Shown here piece by piece: positions 53,487-64,000 of a stretch of 64,000 bases of DNA (position 1 is its first letter; each line of letters starts with the position of its first letter). The notes below the pieces were generated by a model. The model did not search any database, was not told the origin of the DNA, and saw nothing but the letters and a program-made list of their open reading frames with translations. A program made the translations under genes and the position numbers. Origin of the DNA: Psilocybe cubensis (taxonomy: Eukaryota); the NCBI GenBank assembly GCA_017499595.2, contig CM039005.1, forward strand, positions 992,001 through 1,056,000, written 5' to 3'.

Positions 53487-54731
53487 TCATATTTGGGGTG
53501 TTTGTTCTTGCTCGGTGTCGAAGTTGGATGGATATCCAAAAGTGTTTGAAGACGACACCGATACATTCACACTATGCCCTGCCCTATGACGACCTTCTGA
53601 GTGATCTTGCTGTCCCTGTTGGTTTGTCCAGTGTGTCGGCGTTTGACCTTCCTCGGTTCCATAGCCGCTGGACGAGGTGGACAAAATGGACGAATTATCG
53701 TTATGCTCCCCCTGCTGACTTGATGACATATACTGAAGTCCATGAATAAGTGCTTGCTTGTCACCGTGGTGATGGCTATGCTTGGGATATCCAAAGGTAT
53801 TAGTAGACGAAATTGATAGATTCTGGGTATGGATATGCCTGTGAGGACTGGCGTATCCCGTTTCGGGTTCATCAGTAGAAGCCGATTCTACTGCGATATA
53901 TTGACTATAATACGGACGTATAACTCAGCGGTCAGCACCTAATCCTAATATAATACATCGCTTTTGCTCACCTTTGATGCTCTGGTGCCGAATACAAAGA
54001 AGACTCAGATATTCCTATGATTCCGCTTGAAAAATTTTCAGTTGAGTGTGGATTCTGTAATTGCGCATTATGTTTGCTACCCACCTTCCAACTAAAGAAG
54101 CCTGTGCACCTCCAGAAAGGTGCATTGGTTTTTGAGTGATGTGGGTTGTCTCAACATGGCCATGTAGTCTGGGAGGAGGGGGCAAGCTGGTTGGCACTTG
54201 CGACTGTACTTGCGGTTGTTGTACTTGAGGCTGTGTCAGTGACACCGCCCTTTCGATTGCCTCTCTAGCTTCGTGTGAAATTATGGGTATGGTAAACTTT
54301 GTAGCAGCGGAAGCGTCCTAGAATAAGAACACACTGGTAAAACTTTCCAATTTAAAGTCTCCAAGAAAGTTAACTCACAGAAAAGCTTTTTTCAAGATCA
54401 TTCAACATTACTTCTATAGCAGGAATTTGGATCTTCCTCACAGAATTCCAATTCCATATCGCATTTATGAAGCCATTTAATTTCTTCTCCAGAGATGCGA
54501 CCAATTGTCGGGCCCTATATAGGACACACATCAGTATAGTATATTTGATTAGAGAAAGACTTACGTGTCAAGTTGTTGAAGGTAAGAATCTCTATCCTTT
54601 TTCGTTAGACCTTTCTCGTTGAGAATTGCTTTTCGGAACTCGTCAATGCGCGTGATATAACGGCGGACTGCAGCCCGTTTCTCCTCCTGAGTGGCAAGCC
54701 ACTGATGGATGATTTGGTCCTCGCTAGACAT
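53487..54731 (-). CDS. Kinase-partner protein 2: predicted helical N-terminus plus disordered Ser/His/Gln-rich tail (5 exons)
   Basis: Continuous spliced frame from MSSEDQIIHQW to ...SNTFGYPSNFDTEQEQTPQI*; canonical GT-AG introns. Confidence 0.7.
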
Positions 54732-56481
54732 GATAATACAGTAAAGGGAGGAATAATTCCAACGATGAAATCAACGTGAACGGTGATACCTTTTATAAAG
54801 TTTACACAAACCTGCCACTCATTTCAAATGGAGTAATGTCATGTCAAGGTGCTACAAAAGAATGGAGTCGTTGTATGGTTCTCCCAAGTTATTGATTACA
54901 GATTTGGCTCCGGTGAAAAGCTGTCGTAGAGATTCTCTCAAAATACCACTCAGAGGAACGGTTGGCACACGGAAAGACGGGACGGCCAAATACCAGCAAT
55001 TCATTGGTGTGTGTGTGTGTGGCGGCAGAAGATCCAAATATGATTCGCAATAATGCTTCTTCTAGGAAGAACAAGAAGGTTGAGAGAGGCCTCCAAAGTA
55101 TGACTGGAGAACAATGAGGTGGAATGCATGAGGGTGAGTTCTGAAAAGTGAAAAAATATCTCACTGAGCAAATTCTGATCCGATTTGGCAATAATCTATA
55201 TGGGCATAAACGATGGACGCAGAAGAAAGATTTCCGAAGAGGCGGCGATTAACCTTTGTTGCATCGCTGTCTGAGTGATTACAACACCGAGAGAAGATAA
55301 CTGCAACATAAGCACGGTCGACACAAATGTTCATGTTAGAGTTTACGCGCCCATTGAAAACTCGCATTCGTACAAATAAATCGACTTTTTCTCGTAGGGC
55401 ATCAGGCAGGAAGGCTGCATATATGAGGAGGAAACTTTGTCTAGAGGAGTGATTTTCCTCTAGTGAGCCTGAATAAGCATGAGCAGTGCAAATTTCCAGA
55501 TTTGAAATATTGGTTCCCAGAAGACTGCGCAGTCAGAAGGAGCATGCATCATTCAGGACTCTCCAATTGCCATTATCCATGCTGAAGGTTGGATCGATAA
55601 AAACAACTTTTTCCGCGGAAAGCCCTTCAAAGAAGAGGGGTTACTTGGAGATGACTCGACCCGAAAGAGTGTAAATGATGATTTGAGCTCGATTGAAGAA
55701 GATTTCACAGGATGATGGAATCGATTATACTGATTAATCCAGCCAGTTTCCAGCTGCGATAAGACTTCCAATGTTTGACAGTTGAATTGAAAATACTTCC
55801 AGCGTCCGCCAGTATATCACAGGCAGTATATATTTGGACCAGCGGTGATGCACCAATCGATACACACACACCCATAGCTCCATCCGCATCTCCGGAAAGA
55901 AGGTCAAGCACGGTTCATGATGGTCTCGTGGATGCAAGTATATGGTCAGATAACAGTCTCAACAAGGACCGTGGAACTGAAATGCGTTCAGTAATGAGTC
56001 AGTTCGTCGGACGATCGCGGTTCTTTTAAGAATTCGACGATTTGTACGGCCACTGAGTCAGAGTAAAGAATAACTTCGTTCAGGTGGGACTGCGGGAACT
56101 TAAAGCGGCACGGTGGATAAAGGAGAATAGCAACAGAAAGTTCATGGGTCCAGTTCAGCGATCTGTTGGATTTAGGGAGTAAGATAGTAGTAGTGAGACA
56201 ACGACTGCAACTTGTAGCCACTGTTTGTTATGAGTTTCCATGCCTTTGAGAACAAACAAATAAGTTCTTAATGCCATCAACTTGGCACGCGGTTGACTAT
56301 CATGGCTGAACATCTGAACAGTGAAAAGCCTGAGCTACTCACGAGTCGCACATCATAAACAGCGGTTCTCTGTTGTGAGCTCCTCTTATGATCGTTTATA
56401 ATCACTGCTTGCCCCCATAGCTGCATTCAGTGCACAGGGCCATATCATACTCCTACAACTGCCATTGATTCGACGTCAGCA

Positions 56482-57818
56482 ATGCCGTTACTCAGCAGAA
56501 TCGTGGAAAACGAAGAGGCCGAGTACGACGGACTACTTACTCAAGACGAAGCAGACTGGGTCGAGCTGCAACCTTTTTTACTCGAACATGGATATCAACT
56601 CCGCCCTAGGTATCATCCAAACTGGAAACCGTCATGGAGACGGCCTTGGAATTTTTTCTACAAAGATATGTGGGATTGTCCTGACCAAATTGGATTGAAT
56701 GTTTGTATTTCTGTTAAATTATTACGTTTTAGCTAATATCTTTTTAGCGGTGGAATTTGATTGATGCCGTTCGACTTCAGGACGGAAAGAACGTCGTCAT
56801 AAAACGTGTGGTTCTCGAGCACGACAATATTGCAATCCTTCAGCTTTTAAATAAACCTGAAATGCTCAGCGACCCCCGAAATAATACAGTCCCACTTTTG
56901 GATGTGATATATCTCCAGAACCTTTCTGGGGAACAAGGCAAAGACAATGCATTGATTGTAATGCCAATGCTATACCCTTTTTTTCGTTCTATTTGCCGTT
57001 TCATCATGCAAAAGAGGTTGTGGACGCTCTCGAGCAATTGATTCAGGTAATATCATGTTATTCTTAAATCGTAGGTCCCACTAGTACTGAATCGTCAGCT
57101 TCACAGGGTGTACAATTTTTACACGAGCACCAAATTGCGCATAGGTGAATTTTGTCCATTTAGTCTTCATCTTTTCTGACCAATGACAATACATTAGAGA
57201 CGCTTGTATCTTGAATTTCATGATGGATCCGACGAATGTCCTTCCTAAAGGCTTTCATCATGCGAACGCATCCTGCCAGCCTGATGGGAAGACCCCAATC
57301 GAGTTCAACGATAGATGTTTAGTCGGTACAGTGAGATATTATCTTATTGATTACGAAACCGCGGATATTTTCCCTCCAGGAACTCTGTGTATTGGACGTT
57401 ATGGGCAGGAGAAAGACGTCCCTGAGATGTCAGATACCGTGCCATATGATCCTTTTAAACTAGACGTATATCAGGTGGGATGTGTGATTAGAACACTTAT
57501 AGAGGTACGTTGCAGTTTGATCGCGTTTGGAACAGAATAGCCAGACTGAATGTTCAGGAGTACGAAGGGCTGGACTTTCTGGCCCCAGTTCGTGATTCTT
57601 TGACCTGCCAATCTCCAGAAACAAGACCGACAGCTACAGAAAGCCTCTCAATTCTTCGAGCTACCGTATCCAATGTCGAACCGATAACGCTGTCAAAGAA
57701 AATTCGTATGAAATTTGATGATTCCGGAGACTCAGAAGAACATATTGCTCCGGTCACCACTGCCATTCTTCCACATGCAGCTCTATTTAATTTTGTAAAA
57801 TCGTGTTTTGGGTGGTAG
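56482..57818 (+). CDS. AgaK1-like protein kinase, copy 3 (apparent 1-nt frameshift in a T-run)
   Basis: GYQLRPRYHPNWKPSW, AHR/DACILN, YYLIDYE, YDPFKLDVY; frame breaks at 56978-56984. Confidence 0.8.
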
Positions 57819-58209
57819 GATTCCTGAGAGACATGGTTAGTGGAGATTACATTGCTCACCGTACAATTAGCTAAACAGATTCTTGTTTTGATTATTGATT
57901 GGTTAGATTCAACTTGGATTCGATGAATCGTCAGCTTCTACTTGTTTTTTGTGTTATACTATGAATATTAAGCAATATGCAAACGATAACTGGTGTACTC
58001 TTTATTCTCTGTCGCAATGGTACCGAGAAAAAAATGGAAGACGTGGTACGCTCTTTCAAACGCCCCATCTATCTCACAATCCATACTCTTGGTTCTTTGA
58101 GGAGGTTTATGACGAGCGCATACTATGGTGCAGGGTCTTTCTTATCACTTGCACCGTCTGCTACTGGCGGAAGTTGAGGGTAGGTTCCTCGGAATGTATG
58201 GTCATCGAT

Positions 58210-59283
58210 CTATTGGAGTCCTCCGGGTCCAAGTCCAGTTTGAAATTGATCAAACATGTCGTACGCGACTACTCGACGTGTGTAAGATACAATAGGTCCT
58301 TTCGAGCCTCTGTGATATGAGAGAAGTTGACAAGGGTAAATGACAACAAGTACAAGAAACATTACCGTCCATGATGCGCTTGCGAAGCAGAGCCTCTAAG
58401 CCTCGATGAAGGGCCTCCTTCATCTGTATTATCCGCCTGAGTAACTCCTTGAAGCAGCTGTGAGTCCAGTGGACGTTGGTCGGAGGGTAATGGTAGTTCA
58501 CTGATAACTGAGTCATTGATTAGAACTTAGAGATACAGTGTGCTTACAACGTACGGATGACCCATGAACTTTGATTTCCCTCTGAATATATCCTTAAGAT
58601 TCTTCAGAGAGCGAGGCGAACGCAGCCTTGGTTGTTCTTGAATTATCTCCGTTGCATTTTGAGCGTCATAAGCTTGAGAAATTAAGGGGTGTTCGTTGCC
58701 CAAATCCGCCGTTCTTGAACTGATCTTTCAAGGCATCAGCATGACATGCGTCTGGTACCAGACCTATAAAGCAAAGACATACAACCCCAGGTAGCTGTGG
58801 TCTCGTTTAGCAGAGTCTTGCGCTTGAAGAACGCCCTGCTTGTTCAGGCGATGCTGGTTCTCAGATGCTTTCTAAACAGAACGGTACGTTAGGAGAGCTT
58901 CTAGTCAAAGAGAGAAAGCAAGTCGAAACCTTGTAGTCAAATTGCAGTGTCATCAGGATACCTTTGAGCTTATCGACGCTTGCCATCGTGGGTGGGGCAG
59001 TGAAATATCCAATTAACGTATTCTCCGTCTTTCTTTTCAGACCTTTAATATGTGATTCGTGTCTAGAAAAGTTTATGAGATCATGCGTTGAGTAGAACAT
59101 GAATAAATTGTACTTCTGTAACTCCTGTAGGTATTTTTTGCGGATCCGCACGTCGGGCTCCTTTTGGAACCTGGATCGAATTGCTAAGATATCATTGAGA
59201 TATGAATCAAGCTTCCTAATTATTTCTTGTCGCTCTCTCTCAATCTTCTCTCGTTCTTGATTTGGGGAAGGATTAGTGGACAT
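58210..59283 (-). CDS. Kinase-partner protein 3: predicted helical N-terminus plus disordered tail
   Basis: N-terminal exons align with partner 2 with the same intron phases (2 then 0); 3' exon structure less certain. Confidence 0.6.
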
Positions 59284-59973
59284 GGCAGCCTAAGGATATG
59301 TGTCTGGAATGAGTCTTCTTTGTTAACCCACTTTTTATAAACAGGGAACATCAGTTGATCAACCCCCGCTGGCATTCAAACATTAGAATCTTGTCCAATA
59401 AATGACAGCTTAAGTTTGTGTGAGTAGATCAGATCATCGTCCTGATAACTTGGCGGTCGGCGGACTCACCTTGACTCGCCTCCCCATGGGAAAATTAAAG
59501 AGGTCGGACAAATATCCGAAAAGCTAACCTAGTTAGTGAATCATTGACAGCCAGGGGTCGATACACATCTTGAACATGGACATGCCCCGAGCTCAGAAAA
59601 AGAAAGGTGAAATACAGAAAAATGGGGTATTGCTGGATCCATTCCATAATCAAGGCCGTTGATGTACTGGTAAAAGTACCGTGTGGCAGTCAGATACACC
59701 ATGACTTGACTCCGTATGACTCATAGTAAGCACTATAGAGAACTCGACGCTTAAGGAATGAAAAGAATTCCAGCAATATGAATATAACGTGGGAAAGGAA
59801 TTGTTAAATTCCATCTTAACCTATGTGAAATTATGAATCGTAGGTGAACGGACGGCGAACAGCGCATCTCGAAAATGTTTTAAGCGCCCGCTGAAATTTA
59901 TGCAGTTTTGTAACTCCGCTTTGTTCCAATCATCCAATCATCCAATATTTAAACCCAGATCATTGTGTAAATA

Positions 59974-59993
59974 GTGTGTGTGTGTGTGTGTGT
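59974..59993. repeat. (GT)10 microsatellite
   Basis: Seen directly. Confidence 0.95.
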
Positions 59994-60212
59994 AGAAAGG
60001 ACGTAAACTCTTAGAATAATCGAATTTGACTTTCGTGATGCATGATATCGTGTAAACGATTCTTCAGAACTTTCTGTGACTTGACTGTAGAGAAATCACA
60101 AAATCCATAATTGATATGTCATTATACACAATTTCCAATTAAGCCCCGTATTTATACAATGATTAAATCTATCATTACAAAGTGTCATTACTTGTGCAAA
60201 GAGAAAGCACCA

Positions 60213-62414
60213 CTAGTTTGGATCCAGAACGAGTTTACGAGCAGCGGGAGAGCGGACGGTGAACGAGCAGGCAAATGGCTCTTTACGGCTGTAGCGCACA
60301 TAATACACGTGTTAGATGTCATGGACGCCTCATAGATAAAGGGAGTATGGACTTACATCAGCAGGCCTGACTCTTCGTAATTGGTGTCGACCTCGATTTC
60401 TTTGCCGTTGGCGTCTTTGGCTTTGGACATGGTGAAACAGGCAAGGGTTGTTGCCATTTGAAGCCACAGCTAATAGTGAACGATCAGTGAGTCTTAGATT
60501 CCCTATATGATCATTAACGACACTTACAGAGGTGCTAGCGACGGACTTGCCCACACAGATTCTGTAAAGAATCGAAATGACATTCGTGAATAAACAGACA
60601 ATATGTGTGATCTTTCGTGAAGCGTACCTGCGACCGAAGCCATAGGCCAAGATCCTGTCATCATCGTTCAACTTGCCGTTCTCATCGAAGAACCTGTCCG
60701 GGTTGAACGCGAAAGGTTCAGTGTAAACTTCCTCGTCGTGCGACATAGCCCTGATCCGTAAGTTAGAGAGAGTTTGCTATAACACACTCTGAATACAATC
60801 TCACCAGATATTAGGGTAGACAACGGTTCCTGAAGAGATGGTAAATTATCAATCCCGGTACATGCGGACAAGTAGTAGGCTTACCCTTGGGGATCAGGTA
60901 TCCCTTGTAGTGATCGTCTTCAGTGACGGCATGTGCGACGCTGATGGGAATGGGGGGCTTGAATCGCAGAACCTCCCTATAAATAGCTTCGAGGTAGGGC
61001 AGAGATTTGCGGTCTTCGAATGTGGGCAGGCGCTTAGATCCTACTACGCGGTCGATTTCTTCCTGGGCTTTGCGCTGGACATCGGGGTTGAGAACCATCT
61101 GGCAAATGAAGGTGTTGGAGGCTGAGATTGTCTGTAAGGTTGTGTCAGTCAGCTAATCGAGAAACCATATTTGAGCTAAACGTACTGTGTCCGATGCAGC
61201 TGTAGAGAAAAGAGAAGCCTTTGAGTCCAGGAAAGAAGGTTGAACGAGTGAAAGACAATTTACCTCCATATACAGTGTATGCGACGTTCTTGATCAACTC
61301 TTCCTCTTCCTCTGAAGCGCCAACGGCGTACTTCCTCTCGTAGAAATCAGTAACCAAAGAAGGTACAGCGGTGCCTTCAGCCTATAGCACAAACCCGATC
61401 GCCATCAATGACATCACCCAGTTAATTTTAACAAAAGTGCAACCCACCAAGCTCTTCTTGACGAAATCCGTTGGAATTCGCATCATCTCTTCTGTGAGCT
61501 TCTTGCACTCTACAGCTGCCTTGTGAGAGGAGGCACCGGGGAACCATGCGGGGATGTGTTTGAGGAAGGGGAAGATGTTGATGAGACTTCCTCCAGGCAC
61601 GACGAGGCGGCCTCCGATAACGTTGCCCTCTTCCGCGACTTCGATAACCCGGTCGTCGACTGACTTGATATCATAGCCGTACATCATGCAGGTAGTGAGA
61701 GAAACAGAAAAGCTGTACAAGGAGAAAAGTGATTAGAGAAGTGGCTAGAAATGAAAAAGAAGACATATTGGCATACATTTTGTTGTGCGTTTCAAAGTCC
61801 TGGGGTGTCTCAAGCAGAGATCGAAGGAAGCGCTGTACTTTCTCTGTCTGGAGAGACTCGTACTTGCGGACTGCCTGTGGGTTGAAATTCTGCTGGCAGA
61901 TTCTCCTATGCTGTCTCCACATGTCGCCGTATGGCATCAATGCAACATTGAAGTCCCATCCCATTCTATCGTCAAGTGAACATGATTTAGAGCTGGATGT
62001 TAATAGATAGACGGAAGGATACTCACAGAGGGAAGATCGGTAAAGTAGGTCTGTCAGAATATAACTTTGCGCGGACTTCAAGGAGCTCGATCGCATCCTC
62101 GAGTTTATTCAGGACGACAACGTGATTTCCCAGTGACTCGGCGTGTACAATAGGACCTTGCAGCACAAATTAATTGGTTAGCCAGTTAAATGTTATGGTA
62201 TAGCACTGAACTCACTATCGTATTTCTTTGCCCAGTCGGCATAGTTCTGGGCGAATTTCTCCGATGGGAAGTCGAGTGCGTTTCCAATCAGAGGCAATGG
62301 CTTCGGGCCAGGGGGATAAGGCGCCCGCTTCCCCTTCGAAGACAGGACATCCGCCAGCTTCTTGAGTGCGAACGCAGCTAGAATGAAGTACACAAAAGAG
62401 GATGAGAGAGCCAT
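60213..62414 (-). CDS. Cytochrome P450 copy E
   Basis: PPGP, AASDT, EVLR, PDRF, YGFGRRICVG; same exon layout as copies A-D. Confidence 0.9.
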
Positions 62415-64000
62415 GAGTGTCGATGGATTTGTTGGGTTATCAGGACAGCGCTGCTATGCGTTCTTATATCCCTGTCCAAGCTCGTTTATTGAATCAGTGG
62501 TTCTCACCGAGCGGCTACTATACATAGGAGTAAGGCTCGGACTTATAAATCGACATGTCCAAGTTATGAAGCGAACTGACCGTATTGTGCACCAGCAATT
62601 TGGTGTCACTGTCTGGTTGAATGTGGCGTCCCTGTGTCCCAAAAAGGCAACTTTTCTGGCAAATATAGTTAGTCCCAGAACGAAAATCGGTCCGGTTAAC
62701 AACACTGATTCCAGATATAGAAGGTGGTCTGTAGCGGCCGCTCTGCAGACGGGGCGTTGAACGGGCGTATAGGGTGGAGAAATTAAACGTTAAACCCGCT
62801 CGCGCGGAAAAAAAACATCTATTTTTGCGATTCTGCTGTACAGAGCAGACATATTTGCCAGCAAAGCTGAAATTTTTTGTGCTTCTCGAAGCAAATTTGG
62901 CTGACGATGTGGTTGCGAGCATGCGTTATTGGCCAGAAAACAGGAGGTTATTACTCACTATCAGTGCTAGATTGTTATCTAGCTGGTTCAATGACGATTG
63001 TCCCCTCCTAAAAACAGACGCAGGAGGAGTAATGATTCGCTCCTTTCTGAGCTTAACAGACACACGAACACGATGAGACCTGTCAAAACATACGAGAGAA
63101 CGTCGGGAGCAGCTAAGTCTCATAGAACCAAACCGCAGTGCAAGGCATTTCAAGTTTGCACACAAAACTTGGCTCTAAATGGGACCGAATTATTAACACA
63201 ACGCTGTCACTTATCAAGCGGGCTCCTCACATGTGCACAAAAAAAGAAGCATTGGGCGAGCATGCGCATAAGGATCGCCAGAGTTTCTCACAGGAGCCAT
63301 GGTACGACCGCCTAAACGTGCGATTGTCGTAGAGCAGAGCCCGAGGATGATCAGTTTCTCACATAGCCGAGAGCCCGAGAGCAAAAGCAGCATCTGATCG
63401 TTCTGTTGATTGACGACAAAGAAACACAGAGCGCGGGCGTGTGCTTCTGTGCAGAAGGACACAAGAGGAAACAAGAGAGAAGAGAAGGGCGCAGACGAAA
63501 ATTGCCTTTTGGTTTGTCATGCGCAGCGAGTGCCCCCTCCCACATTTCGACTGGCATCAGGATCTGTCAGGCGGCTTCGGTCGAGTGGAGTGAGTGCTAT
63601 TCAGTGTTGAGGCGTCCAGCTGCATGATCGTGATCCTGACGGTGAGCGAAGGGCAGCGTCAGATCGTTCACGACGGGTTGCCGGTAAATCCGTTTTGATG
63701 TGCCGGAGAAAATTGGAGAAATCCGTTACGGCACTTTCCGCTTCGGTCATCAGGTGTGCCTGGGCAAGTACGCCACTGCGCTTGCGCTTGCATCATCATC
63801 ATCATCCTCACCGCATATATTCAGTTTTACTGCATCAAGCCTAGCAAGAGGACCCAGGTTCGCCATTGCCCTTGATCAGGGGGCAATAAAACCGTAACTA
63901 ACTGAGCTGGGGGCGCCCTGTGGCGACAATGAATTCAATTATTCCATTATACGGCACGGCGATCCTTCCTCGAGTAGACGCCCAAAGAACATCCACACGG

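Noticed and set aside
55380-56280. Possible decayed minus-strand gene between partner 2 and kinase 3
   Set aside because: Stops in all frames; no identifiable homology by eye
62460-64000. Short ORFs at the window end
   Set aside because: No recognisable product; probably intergenic or UTR

Overview
Eukaryotic, intron-rich fungal DNA, most likely an Agaricales basidiomycete (short GT-AG introns, CYP64-clan P450s, AgaK1-like kinases, a Clp1-like gene). Housekeeping genes (RAD52, RFA3, CUE3/ASCC2, RPC19, YVH1, YRA1, RPC31) are interleaved with accessory genes: a trichodiene-synthase-like terpene cyclase, a DUF4419 protein with an internal 129-bp duplication, an epoxide hydrolase, an RNase H1 paralogue missing 3 of 4 catalytic acids, and five P450s. 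The P450 array is interrupted by an intact Tc1/mariner-type transposon (26-bp perfect TIRs, TA TSD) nested in an apparently older element that carries an HSP60 fragment. The most interesting structure is at 48.7-59.3 kb: three tandem tail-to-tail pairs of a kinase gene and a fast-evolving partner gene with a predicted helical N-terminus (partner 1 is a pseudogene cut by a MITE). Exon boundaries and family assignments were made by eye from motifs; no searches were run.
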